Positions 1 to 12,821 of a stretch of 64,000 nucleotides of DNA are shown piece after piece; position 1 is the stretch's first letter; each line of letters starts with the position of its first letter. The notes beneath the pieces were generated by a model. It worked only from the letters and a program-made list of their open reading frames with translations. It made no database searches and was not told where the DNA came from. The position numbers and the translations under genes were made by a program. The stretch is from Lytechinus pictus (Eukaryota). The stretch spans positions 36,644,001 to 36,708,000 of the forward strand of contig NC_087251.1 of assembly GCF_037042905.1 (NCBI RefSeq), in the 5' to 3' direction.

Positions 1-600
1 TCTGCTAGTAGAACCCTTCATTCCAGTGCTCTGCTCTCTTGAATAGCACTCTATACCTTCTGTATACAGAAACATAAATTTAAGATAAAAATTAGTTCTT
101 GGTTCTGAAGTGGAATGACTCAAACAATCTTATCTGCTTCACACAAATCAATATACATAGGATTGATGACTTTGTGATATTGAAATATCAAGTATTTTCT
201 TTTTTTACATTACCTGTTGATTATACAATGTAAGAATCAAAGGCCACGGAGGGATATTGCACAACTTACCACTGGTTCTGGTGGCCTATTGCTGGGTATT
301 TATTTGACCATTGACCCGAGTTTGTCGAGTTCATCCCTCAGCATGACAACAAATTCTTCTTAATCAAGCTCCATATTCTCTGCTTTCAGTTGGACCACTT
401 CTGCCAGATAAACCCTTGATTCCAGGGATGTGCTCTCGTGGATAGCACTCTGTGCTTGCTTGAGAGAGTAATGAAAATAGAAGATAAAATTTAGTTCTCG
501 GTTCTGAAGTGGAATGACTCTGGCAGTCACGCCTGCATCACACAAATCATGCACAGGATTGATGACTTTGTGGTGTTGAAATATCAAACATTTCTCTTTT
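1..600. repeat. Diverged ~400-bp tandem duplication of an exon-like segment plus flanking intron and a HINE end remnant
   Basis: Bases 1-200 (tctgctagtagaacccttcattccag...ggttctgaagtggaatgact...gattgatgactttgtg) align with ~400-597 (tctgccagataaacccttgattccag...ggttctgaagtggaatgact...gattgatgactttgtg). Confidence 0.7.
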
Positions 601-2305
601 CCATTGAATGTACAATGGAATAATCTAAGGCTTTGAAAGGCAAATGTTCTGGATACCCCGTTGACTGGCCTCACTGTCCATCTTATTGTCCTTGGAATAA
701 TTGATGCCATTTTTAATCTTCCCTATTTAATATGTGATGTAATAAAAAATGATAGTGATCATGATATTGACACAACATGGTCATAGTTAGTTCATTGACA
801 ACAAATGACTTTTGACCATGACCATTTCATATGAAACTCATGCCACATGATCAGCAACACTTAATTACCCTTATGTCCTACTTTTACACAACAGGTCAAT
901 TGTGAAGACATTTCAGAAACTTTAAACCTAAGATTTCAATATTCAATAGTATAAACAGAGACGTGATCTGATTCTATTATTTCAATCACAAACTTTATAC
1001 TTTTCAACCATTATCATAATTAATTATCATCATTATTATAATTACTACCATCATCATAATTTTCAATATCCTTACCTCTGATGCCAGTTGTCTTTTCCGT
1101 GTCTTTGGTTTGAGGTGTCAGGCCCTGTAAATCATCTTGACCCAGCTGAGGAGTTTAATTCCCTGAACCGTACTGCATTTCTTTTACGAAAGATAAAATC
1201 ATTTAAGTTTATTATTTCATCAATAATTATTATTAATTACAAATTACCATTAATAGAGAGAAACATGGTGGCATCTTGTTATCTTAAATTTGTTGCACAA
1301 AAAAAAACCCGACTAGTATCAACTGTCTAGGATGGGAGCAAACTGAATTTTTATAGGATAGATATGTCTTTCCAAACCTTACCATAGGTCTGTGATCCGA
1401 TTTTTTCATTAAACTTGGTAAAATTTGATGCATTTGATATTATGGAACATCTTAAAGTTCTAAATCATCATACAAGTACGTATGTTGCTACATGTAACAT
1501 CCTTAATAGAATAAGACTGAATTGAATATCTAGTCGCAATGACGTCAGAACAACGGTATGATTGGCTACGATTTGAAACCAATTTGACCTTTACTCCAAA
1601 ATAAAGGCTTGCAATTATCAAACATTGTGTCATGTATTAGTATTCTTACAATTAATTTGAACCTGAAATAAAATCATACTTAAGGACGATGTCCCAGTTG
1701 TATAAGATACAAGACAAGTGCAGATAGGGCGGGATATCGGGACTTTGGATGTGTAAATAGAGTTCTAGAAGGGAAGACAGTGCATGTGTGTGAATACAGT
1801 ACCACAACATATTACGGGAAAGAAGGAAAGGTGTTCCAAGAGCATAGAGAATGGCGGTACAAGAGTGACAGTGCAGCAGAACCACAAGGAATCAATAGAA
1901 CAAAACAAGGGAAGTACACATATACACAGAGTCAATGAGGCTGCTAAAGTAGGGACCTTGTTATCAGACAAGGAACTGGAGGCAACGTGTGCAGGGAAAG
2001 TGAAGCACATAAACCAAACTGTTCAGAAAGAAACATTCCGGGATGGGGAACTCATGAACACAAGAAAGAGTTTTTCACAGACTATGAGGTGGACCTCAAA
2101 GCCGGGATCCTCTGGAAAGACTGTTATTAGGATGCACTTTACAAAGTTTAATTCACTATTCTGATTCGCTTTGTTCAACCTTTACACAGCCTTAGAAATT
2201 TTATGGAAATTTGAGGGAATTATCTATAAAAAAAAAAAAAGATTGTACTTTTGAAGGAACAATTACTTAAAGTATCATATTTAAATATTCTTTTTCATAA
2301 TTCAG

Positions 2306-4880
2306 GAGATCAGAGCAGCACCTTTAGCCAGGTGGTTCCTGTGGTCCTGGACCTGAACAGTCATCTGTGGAAGTGGCTGGCCAAGGGGGGGGGGGGAATG
2401 CAGGCACATTGTTGTGGCAATGAGGGACTTCCTTCAGCGAAGATTCTAAGGAATTTTGAAGTACGGCATGGTCCCAACTGGACCAGGGACCCACAATGAG
2501 CCCTTTGTGATCGCAGAACAGTGACTCATTGCCACAGAATGAATTTTTATCGTGGTGAATATTTTGAAGACTCTTTAAGTAGCGAAACTTTATTTTAAAA
2601 AATAAAAAATTCTCTCCTTGTGATTTTTTTCCAAAACCAAAAACTTGGAGATTGTCGTTTTGGAAACTTTAAAAGGTGAATAGAAAATGATACGTCGTAG
2701 TGCCGCTCTTCTGCTTGTAAACAGTTAGTGTGTACAGCGTACACTACAAGCCACTGAACTCTTGCCTTGCTCGCATGTGCGAAGGTGCGGCAAAAGCTCA
2801 TAGCTCATTGGTTTATCAAGCATAACGTAACTGTAAACTTCGTGCACACTGCCCCTGCCGGCCCAGCCCAAGACAGATTTCATTCATAACAAGTGGAACG
2901 CCTCTGGCAGTCTCGCCTGCATTACGCAATTTAATATAGCAGCAGTGCTAACTTTGAAAACTACTATAAAATAATCATTCACAAAAACATCATTCATATA
3001 ATGACATAATACCACGTTCATTGACCATAAATGACATTTGAACGGAGACTTAAGACTGTCAACTACACCCATGTCCACATTTCATTCACTCTATCCATAA
3101 ACTTTCAAAGTTATGATGGCACTTCAACAATTACCCCAACATGGCCTAAGTTTATTGACCTAAACTGACCTTTGATTTGGTTTTGTGACCTGAATCTCAC
3201 AGGGGATGTTCAGTGATGCTTGATTACTCTTATATCCCAAGTTTTATGAACTAGATCCATAAACTTTCACAGTTAGGATGGTAATTCAACAAATACCCCC
3301 AACACGGCCAAAGTTCATTGACCTTTAATGACCTTTTACCATAGTCATGTGACCTGAAACTCGTACAGGATGTTCAGTGATACTTGATTACTCTTATGTC
3401 CAAGTTTTATGAACTAGATCCATAAACTTTCAGAGTTAGGATGGTAATTTAACAAATACCCCCAACATGGCCAAAGTTCATTGACCTTAAATGACCATTG
3501 ACCATGGTCATGTGAACTGAAACTCGCACAGGATATTCAGTGGTACTTGATTAACCTAATGTCCAAGTTTCATAAACTAGATCCATAAATTTTCAAAGTT
3601 ATGATAGTAATTCAACAAATACCCCCAACTTGACCAAAGCTCATTGACCCTAAATGACCTTTGACCTTGGTCACGTGACCTGAAACTCGAGAAGGATGTT
3701 CACTAATACTTGATTAACCTTATGCCCAAGTTTCATGAACTAGGTCCATATACTTTCTAAGTTATGATGTCATTTCAAAAACTTAACCTTCGGTTAAGAT
3801 TTTGAAAATAATTTTCCCAACATGGTCTAAGTTCATTGACCCTAAATGACCTTTGACCTTGGTCATGTGACCTGAAACTCAGGCAGGATGTTCAGTAATA
3901 CTTGATTAACCTTATGTCTAAGTTTCATGAACTAGGTCCAAATACTTTCTAAGTTATCATGTCATTTCAAAAACTTAACCTTAGGTTAAGATTTGATGTT
4001 GACGCCGCCGCCGCCGTCGCCGTCGGAAAAGCGGCGCCTATAGTCTCGCTCTGCTATGCAGGCGAGACAAAAATGGACATGTAAGTGGGGCTGTGGCTTC
4101 TCGCGCAAATACAGAACTCCAAGGGTGGGTATAAAAGTGGAATTTTAGTGATGAAAACTTGTGCAGCATCTGAGAACTTAGAATTAATGTGAGGCTGTGA
4201 GCATGGTAATTTAATGTTGTTCAATTAAATATTTATTCGCTTGTTTACAACTCCCACGCAAGTTTTATGCAGATGATACAGTGTACACGGTCATAGAATT
4301 CCGTACACGTGCACTGACTTGACCCTGCGTGTACACGTATACCCAAAACAGGCCTAAAATTGTTACATTTCTTTTCTATCGTATCTGATTTATTGCAGGT
4401 AACTAGATTGATCAAGAATTACAAGATATATGTATTTTAAGATTTGTTTCCATTTTTATTTTCATTACAGAGCTTGTCATCAGTATGGCAGAGAGAAGGC
4501 TAAGTAATGCAGAAGATGTAGAGAGGGGGAAGGAATGGCAACCAACAGCACCATCAAGGATGAGGAGATGCCAGCAAAATTCCTGCGTTTAACAGCTAAA
4601 TACCGAATGATTCCCAAGCGAGTAAAGAGTGGGGGCAAAGACAAAGCAAGGGCTCAGCTGAACAACTACCTTGCAACAGAAACTAACGGCCAAGATGCCA
4701 TCACCTTCTGGGCCCCTGGCAATTCTGCCCGTGTTAAATACCCAGCCCTTCACCTACTTGTCATGAAAATCCTCGGTGTTCCTGCAAGTAGCACACCTAT
4801 TGAGAGGGAGTTCAACACAGGTGGAATTATACATGTAGGGCTTGTTTAAACCCTGTGATGGTTGAAAAGTGCAACAAGCA
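2306..4880 (+). pseudogene. Degenerate, intron-split hAT (Ac/ZBED-like) transposase, C-terminal part
   Basis: After acceptor ttcag (2301-2305) the sequence reads GDQSSTFSQVVPVVLDLNSHL. After a frameshift in a G-run it reads HIVVAMRDFLQRRF*GIL. After acceptor ttacag (4470) it reads LNNYL...AITFW...KYPALHLLVMKILGVPASSTPIEREFNTGG, which matches the hAT C-terminal dimerisation motif. Stops and frameshifts are present, and a HINE lies between the two pieces. Confidence 0.8.
2888..4072 (-). mobile_element. Non-autonomous Helentron-type element (HINE; DINE-1/Tsp-like) with internal ~163-bp tandem repeats
   Basis: On the + strand: AACAAGTGGAA.., subTIR GTCTCGCCTGCAT, ~5 repeat units, (GCC)n microsatellite, then GTCTCGCTCTGCTATGCAGGCGAGAC hairpin and AAAAA. 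Ends lie in A/T runs with no TSD. Confidence 0.85.
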
Positions 4881-5104
4881 CATTAGGTAGGGGGAAAACC
4901 TAGACTCTCGCATATATGAAAAGCCCGCCTTGCAGACGTTGCAGTGTATCCCTTCCTTGTATAGCCACATAACTGATGAGGTGGTCTTTTCTTGTTAGAT
5001 CAAATCAAGTAAGGGAGTAATCTGGTATTTATAAATTTTTAATTGAAAAACTCAGTGGAATAATCCTTCCTGTGCATTTTGTAAGCCCGGCATTGAAACA
5101 CCTG

Positions 5105-6564
5105 GGGTGGTATTCTGAAAACGTTCTTATCTTTGTTCTTATCTTTTATCTTATCTCATTGAGATAAGAAGACGCTAAAATAATTGCAAATCGGTATTCT
5201 GAAAATCTTCTTAACGTGTTCTTATCTCTGTAAGGACTGCCTCCTTCTTATCTTCAACACGCCCATTTTAAAGATATTACCAATCAAAATGCGCTTTATA
5301 CTGTCAATATAACCAATAGAAGCGTTCCTTATGTCAAGAGAATATCATGGGCAAAGCGCGTACACTGTTTCTGGCGCATTTTATACGCAATGACTGATTA
5401 TTATTTCGAGACACGTGCACAATAAGGAAAGAAAGAAAGAAAGAAAGAAAGGGAGGGAGGGAGGGAGGGAGGGAGGAAGGAAGGAAGGAAGGAAGGAAGG
5501 AAGGAAGGAAGGAAGATAGAAAGAAAGAAAGTAAGTAAAGAAAAAAAAGTAAATAAAGCAGGTACGAATAAAGAATAAAACAGGAAGAAAGAAAGTAGGT
5601 AAGAAAGGAGACAGAAAAGGGTAAGAATGAAGCAGAAAAAAAAAAAATGAAAGGAACAAAGCAGAAAATAATGAAAGAGTAAACGAAAGAAAGCAAGCAA
5701 AAAGAACTTAAATGAAGAAAAAGAAAGAAAGAAACTTAAAGGAAAAAACGAAAAAAAGGACAAAAAAAAAATCAAAAGGATAAAATGAAGGAATAAAGAA
5801 CTGAAAAACAGAAAAAACGAGTGAAAGAAAAAAAAGAAAGAGAAAAAAAAGGAATAAAAAAATGTAAAAGGTGAAGGAAGAGAGAAAAAAGGAAAATGAA
5901 ACAATGAAAGATAAATTAAAGCAAAAATAAAGACTAAAGAAAGAAATCGAAAGAAAGGTTAATTCAAAGAAAGAAAGAAAAAGAACGAAAAGGGAAAATA
6001 AAAAAGGAAGAAAGATGAAGAATAAATGAAACAAAGTAAAATAAGAATAAAGAAGATATTAAAAAATTCAAAAGAATAAAGCAAAAGATATAAATGAAGA
6101 ATGAAAGAAAGGAAGATAGACAGATAGAAAGGAAAAAAAAGTGAAATAGATAAAGAAAGACAAAAGGATAGAAAAAAAGGTGAAAAACAAAATAAAGGGT
6201 GGATGAAAGAAAGGATGGAAAGAATACATGTTATTACCAGTGGCCATCTTTTTTTAGCAACAAAGAACGCAAAAATCGTGAGATGTGATAACCCTCTAGC
6301 TATCTTAAATATTATCATAAATATCGTAAAAGATAAGAAAGATAAAAGATAAGAACGTTTTCAGAATACCACTTATCTTTATTTTGTTCTTATCTTTTTA
6401 GCGCGCTTTTGTATTATGCGCGTGTAATAAATTTACGCGCTCAGCATAGGATGGAAAGCAAGATAAGAAAAAGATAAGAACGTTTTCAGAATACCAATTT
6501 GAGAACGTGACGTAGATAAGAACAAAATTAAGAATAAGATAAGAACGTTTTCAGAATACCGCCC
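5105..6564. mobile_element. PIF/Harbinger-like non-autonomous element carrying a purine-rich tract
   Basis: TIRs GGGTGGTATTCTGAAAACGTTCTTATC / GATAAGAACGTTTTCAGAATACCGCCC. 3-bp CTG duplication at 5102-5104 and 6565-6567. The TIR motif is reiterated subterminally (~5195, ~6350, ~6475). Confidence 0.8.
5424..6225. repeat. (GAAA)n/(GGGA)n/(GGAA)n microsatellite grading into a long A/G-rich low-complexity tract
   Basis: Directly visible. It explains the Phe/Leu/Ser-rich minus-strand ORFs. Confidence 0.95.
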
Positions 6565-7119
6565 CTGGCGTTTGTGTAAGTTCTTCTTTGTATCTTTATC
6601 AGTTGTACCCATGTGAAATATATGAAAACCAGTTTTCAGGGAAAAAATATCGTACTGAAAATATGTACATTTGTGTAGGATATCGTCTGCTACAGGCATT
6701 ATGATATAGTGTTTGACGTCACCACTTTCCCATTGCATTCGGCAAGAAACGGTGCTTTTCGGAAGTGTTTGTTTTATTAATTTTGAAAAGGAATTTTTCA
6801 AAACATGAGATATGATATGTGTATCTTTTATATAATTGAATCTCTGTTCACCATATCTGGCAGAATATTTTCTCAGATTACAGTTACACATGTATATTGA
6901 AGGTTTGGGGGAATGTTTGCTTACAGAACAAGGAGGGTGCTGAGAAACAAGTGAAAACTTAATCTTGGTATGTTTCTAAGGACATTCACTACAAGTAATT
7001 TTAAAACTAGAATCAACTACATACTTTTGTCCTATAATTATTTTGTGCCTATATATTATACATATATATATTTTTTAAAGTACAAATATTTTGAATGTGG
7101 AACTTGTTTCGGATTCATT

Positions 7120-7198
7120 GCACATGAGCCAGACTCGGACATGCCGGACTCAGACTCGGAAGGCCAAATCAGACTGACTGGACTCGGAAACATCGCTG
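7120..7198. mobile_element. Probable right end of a hAT-like element
   Basis: GACTCGG/GACTCAG subterminal motifs repeated 4 times, ending ...AAACATCGCTG (reverse complement CAGCGATG). It lies downstream of the hAT transposase remnant. No left end was found. Confidence 0.4.
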
Positions 7199-7812
7199 AA
7201 TCTTGGGTGGGTGTTATGTAACGAATTTCTAAAATCAGATCGTGGACCAGTCATAAGGTGTGCATATGGTATTCAGGCAATTTATGATATCTTATTTTAC
7301 TCACCAACTATTTCTGCTTCTTCTCCATCTGTTCCGAAGTCTGTAATAGAGCCTATTCCGGCACCCTTAGCTCTGCGGGAACGTTTGTCCGTTCGATGAC
7401 ATGGATCAGCACAGAGAGGGCGGGCTTTGCCTGATAACCACTAGAATAGATACTGTGAATTGTTGACTCTTCCTACACAATTGTTGTTCCAGCCCAAACC
7501 CTGAAACCCAGTTGCAGAACTCTTTGATGAGTGCTTTGAAGTATTCATCCTGTGGAGAGTCCCTTTTGTTTCGCCTTATCCGTCGGATCCTTCTTCTGCT
7601 GTTCTTCTTTGTAAGGCAACCATCTGTAGGGGTTCCAAACCTTCTATTGCCCTGTCGACAGGAAATAAAGTATTTCAATTAAATTTGATTCAATTCACTC
7701 CTTATTCATTGCAAGCATGTACCAGTATGCATATTCCACTTTGAAACGTATTTTACAGATATTATGGTTGACATACAGTATGATATTACAAAGATTGATA
7801 ATCATAATTATA

Positions 7813-8918
7813 AGAAGGTGGAATGCCTCTGGCAGTCTTGCTTATATTCATGCATATTTATGCTTATATTAATGCATATTCAATATATATTTGAAAACTA
7901 CATGTAAAATGAATTTAAAAAATAGAGAAAAAACCTTTTACTTGATAATAAAATCTTAAAGTGATTGGTTAACATTGGTTTGACTTTTAAAAATCTGAGC
8001 TAGAAGGTCACACTTGTCACCTGTGTCTGTGATATGTTACAAAAATGAAGCCCAGAAAAAATTGTTTTCGAAAATAATTATTTAGTGCTTCAAAAATTGA
8101 AATATAAAGTGACCGAAAACACCATCTTAATTTCATCCCATACACTTATGTGTACTATTTAGGCGTCTATAAGACACCTATTTACAAAATCGGGGTTTGC
8201 CTTGTAGTTTAAGCTTTTCATTCTCAATAATGGTTGTTTTCAGGGTTTATTAGTTCTAATACATGCACTTGTACACATGTTTCATCTTGGTTTGAGAATT
8301 TTTTAAATCGGCTGCTCACAAAGTTAAACAATACCTTTAAGTTCATTAAAAATCTCAAATTACATAATTTGACCTTGACTCAGAAACTTGTTTTCCATTT
8401 CATACATACATATAATGTGAGTAGGCCTACATATTTCTTGTTACAATAATGAACAACATATCAAGTCTCATCCAAGTTAATTCATCTGGAATGACCACTG
8501 ACCTTGACCTAGTAACCTGAAATTATTCATCTAATTTCTGATACCTGTTAACCACTATGTCTATGTTATTCTGACTGATGATTTTAAAATCTTTAAAATT
8601 GAAAATCCTAACTTCTGGTTAATTTCCTTTTTCTAATATTAGTTTACTGACCCCCAAATGACTTTTAACCTTCAAGTTCACTTAGTGATTCATCCATTTG
8701 CCATTAAACATTTCATAGCTATCATATTAAAGTTTAATGGAATAGGGACTTATACTTTCAAAATCATCCTGAAAATTCAAAATCTTAACCTCAAGTTTCT
8801 AATATTAATACTTATTAATATTTGAACTGGTCAACAGTTCAAATTTCAGTGTTGATGACGCCACTGTCGACGTACAAAAAGCAGGCAGTCTCGCTCTGCT
8901 ATGCAGGCGAGACAAAAA
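7813..8918 (-). mobile_element. Old, degenerate HINE copy interrupted by a Kolobok-like MITE
   Basis: gtggaatgcctctggcagtc at ~7818, decayed repeat units, and terminal gtctcgctctgctatgcaggcgagacaaaaa at 8887-8918. Confidence 0.75.
7960..8336. mobile_element. Kolobok-like MITE
   Basis: TTAA on both sides (7956-7959, 8337-8340). Imperfect TIRs AGTGATTGGTTAAC / GTTAAACAATACCT, with AG...CT termini. Confidence 0.7.
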
Positions 8919-9799
8919 CGACACAAAACTGCTCTCAATTTGAATTTTTAAAACTTGTTTACCACATAAGAAAAATGAGGTAAAACAAAACAAACTTGTT
9001 TTTTTTTAAATTCAAATAAGACAACTAGGTATACCTGATTGTAAAACTACCCTCCAGTTGGAGATAACTGGGGCTGGAGTCAATGCAAAAATGTGTATTA
9101 ACATTATACTGAAATTTAATCATGTTCAACAACTCAAGAGTGAAGACCTTACCTATCTGTGTTGGAATAGTGGAGCAGCAGTAAAATCCATGACATCATC
9201 CTGGACACTGATCCTTCACTCTGATCGTCAAACTTCATGTTGAAAAGTTGCTTAGCAAAAGCAACACACTCTGTCATAAATGATTAAAAAAAGGTCAATT
9301 ACTAGGGAATTCTCAAAACATAAAGCTTCCTTCTTGATCACAGGGCCGACTGATAAACCAAACCTGCCCATGTACACTGTAAAATTTAGAATTGTGAAGG
9401 CCTACACATGTTGTCGGCGGTCATCCGAACCATCGTATCCACATACGACGGTGCAAACCCATTTCAGAGAAAATCGACTTCAAAGTTTACTATAAATGTC
9501 ACACTTAGTTCTCCAGCCTTACAACATATTCATTGCTAGAAAAATGTATGGTTGGAAAGACTAAGACGATTGCTTGACATTGGTATCCTTATTTTTACAC
9601 AAAACCAAGGATCAGAGAAAATATCGCAAAAGAGCTCTATGCTTATAATTTCGGTTTGAGCGGTTTAGATTTCCCCTGTACAAAAACGCTACATAGGGGA
9701 TACAACAACCCTGACCGCGATTTCAATGCGCGCGGTCAGTCAAAACGTTGTATCGCTCTGCTACAGTACGTGTTTCCAATGGGGTTTGCGCATTTTATT

Positions 9800-10768
9800 A
9801 ACAAGTGGAATGCCTCTGGCCGTCTCACCTGCATCACGCAATTCAATATAGCAGCAGTGCTGATTTTGAAAACTACTATAACTCGCACAAGATGTTCAGT
9901 GATACTTGGTTACTCTTATTTCCACGTTTTATGAACTAGACCAATACACTTATAGAGATATGATGGCAATTCAACAAATACCCCCAACATGGCCAAAGTT
10001 CTTTGACCTTACATGACCTTTGACCTTGATCATGTGACCTGAAACTTGCACAGGATGTTCAGTGATACTTGATTACTATTATGTCCAAGTTTTATGAACT
10101 AGACCAACACACTTTCAAATTTATGGCTGTAATTCAACAAATACCCCAATTTGGCCAAAGTTCATTGACCCTAAATGACCTTTGACCTTGATCATGTGAC
10201 CTGAAACTTGCACAGGATGTTCAGTAATACTTGATTACTATTATGTCCAAGTTTCATGAATCAGATCCATAAACTTTCAAAGTTATGATGGTAATTCAAC
10301 AGATACCCCCAATTCGGCCAAAGTTCATTGACCCTAAATGACCTTTGACCTTGGTCATGTGACGTGAAACTCATGCAGGATGTTCAGTGATACTTGATTA
10401 ACCTTATGTATAAGTTTCATGAACTAGGTCCATATATTTTCTAAGTTATGATGACATTTCAAAAACTTAACCTTAGGTTAAGATTTTGATGTTGATTCCC
10501 CCAACATGGTCTAAGTTCATTGACCCTAAATGACCTTTGACCTTGGTCATGTGACATGAAACTCAGGCAGGATGTTCAGTAATACTTGATTAACCTTATG
10601 GCCAAGTTTCATGAACTAGGTCCATATACTTTCTAAGTTATGCTGTCATTTCAAAAACTTAACCTCAGGTTAAGATTTGGTGTTGACGCCGCCGCCGCCG
10701 TCGCCGCCGCCGCCGCCGTCGGAAAAGCGGCGCCTATAGTCTCACTCTGCTATGCAGGTGAGACAAAA
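9800..10768 (-). mobile_element. HINE (Helentron-type) copy with 5 internal repeat units
   Basis: subTIR GTCTCACCTGCAT / ATGCAGGTGAGAC, ~162-164-bp units plus one 192-bp unit, (GCC)n tract, A-run ends. Confidence 0.9.
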
Positions 10769-11154
10769 ACTTGATTTCCCCCTAGTTCATCGTTTTTTTT
10801 TTATGACTGGCCGTCTTCCTAGTCTTGTGATAAACCCTGATATCTTTACTTGGGCACTCGATTGGTGTCGGCACTTGACAGGTGAATGATATTTCTCATG
10901 GGAGTGGAAAGAAGTCACCAGCGCTGACGAAATAAACGGCAGTGAATGGAAATGCCGAAATCATAATAAATGAAAACAATCCTTGCAAACAAGGATGCAT
11001 CCCCCTTTTGAATTGATATTACTCTGTGTGTGTCTACATGTATACAGACTAATCCACATGAGTATGGCAGTGGATCATATTGCTAAACACATTTCATAAA
11101 TTTAATAATATCAAACACAACATTTGTTATCTTAAAATTCTTACTCTTACTCTT

Positions 11155-11350
11155 CTTCGGTTTGGGACCCTCATACCAAAGAGCTTATCTCTAAGACTGA
11201 AATGGTTCAGCGGCGTGCAGCTATAGATTTATAAAAGGTGATTACGACTGACAGAGCAGTGTCACACAAATGATGAAAGAACTACGGTAGCAGTCTCTTC
11301 ATAAACGACGAGCTCACAACAAAGTCATCATGATGTACAGAATTGTACAG
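11155..11350 (+). pseudogene. Short decayed CR1-group LINE ORF2 C-terminal fragment
   Basis: Translates with stops and a frameshift as VWDPHTKELISKTEMVQRRAA..FIKGDYD*QSSVTQMMKEL..QSLHKRRAHNKVIMMYRIV, a typical post-RT motif. Confidence 0.75.
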
Positions 11351-12307
11351 CTGCACCACCTTTCCTGTCAACTTTTTAGCACCTCTCTTCACAAGAAAAA
11401 TGTTTTGGTTACTTGAAAATTGCAGGCCTATCGTATTTAAAAAAAAAGAAAAAAGGAAGCCCGATGGTGGCGCTAATAAATTTCACAGCCTACATTCAGC
11501 TCCTCGGTAATTTTATAACTGTGTCTAAATTCTTTGAATGCGCAATTCTTATGATTACTTGATAAAATATGGGCACTGATAAAATAAATGAAATATCTTC
11601 AAAAACATAATTTAAGATCATTATTGGTGATAACACTTTTCTGCAAATAATGATGGCTAATCTAAAAAATCTTAGAAGATCTACCTTGACCAAAACCAGC
11701 AGTGCAGTACAAGCTTTATTTTTAAAGGACAAGTTCACCCCAACCAAAAGTGGATTTGAATAAAAAGAGAAAAATCCAAAAAGCGCAACACTAAAATTTC
11801 ATCAAAATCGGATGGAAAATTAGAAAGTTATGACATTTTAAAGTTTAATTAATTTCACAAAATAGTTATATTCACATCCTGGTTAGTATGCAAATGACGG
11901 AACTGATGACATCACACACTCACTACCGTATTTCTTTTGTATTTTATAATATGAAATATTCTAATTTTCTCCTCATTGTCCTGTGAAACAAAGTTTTATT
12001 TAGTACTGAACATGTTGAATTACCATTGTTTAACATTTTATGGTTCAGTCAAGTTGGTCTTTATTGTCAAATCTGTAAAAACCTAAATATTGTATGATTC
12101 AATCAATAAAAAACAAAAGAAATAGTGAGTGAGGGACATCATCTATTATCCAGTCTCATTTGCATGTGACAAAATTTGGGGAAAATAAGCAAAACTTTAA
12201 AATGTCATAACTTTCTTATTTTACATCCGATTTTTATGAAATTTTCAGCATTTATGCTTGTCTGATTTTTCTTTCTTGATTCGAATCAACATTTTTCTGC
12301 TCTGAGG

Positions 12308-12813
12308 CACTTGTTCACTGCAACCACCCTGCCTGTCGGGAATCTACAGGTTGGACTATGGCATGCCAATGCTGTACAGAGCACACACCTTAAAAAATGA
12401 TTAAAATATCACTTTTGTGACCAAAATTACTAATTTCCGTACAGTTGCAAATTTATTTTTCATTAGTAACTTGGGAATAATTTTTGTATTCACTAGAGCG
12501 CTCAAAAACTTGAATTTTTGGCATATTTTTGTGTACGCCCTCTATTGGTGGAAAATAATATGGCAAGAAAATTTTCATTTTTTAATCTCTATTTTTAATT
12601 AAGAAAAAAATAATTTAAAGTTTCTAATCAAATTTACTTAAGGGCCAAGTTGTATGACGAATAGGTGTAATGGAAACTGTCAGTGTAAAAAAATCAAGCA
12701 TTTGTCCCAAAGAAAAAGAGAAAATAAGCCAAACATTGCCATCCTTATTTTGCCACACATGGAGATATAACTGAGAACAAGGTTATATCATAACCTTGTT
12801 CATTGAATGAGTG
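12308..12813 (+). mobile_element. CAC...GAGTG element, type A (8-bp TSD, 3' subterminal hairpin)
   Basis: Starts CACTTGTTCAC. Ends GAACAAGGTTAT-ATC-ATAACCTTGTTC ATTGAATGAGTG. CTCTGAGG at 12300-12307 and 12814-12821. Confidence 0.8.
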
Positions 12814-12821
12814 CTCTGAGG

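Noticed and set aside
5334..6318. Phe/Leu/Ser-rich membrane-protein-like ORFs
   Set aside because: They are an artefact of the polypurine microsatellite tract.
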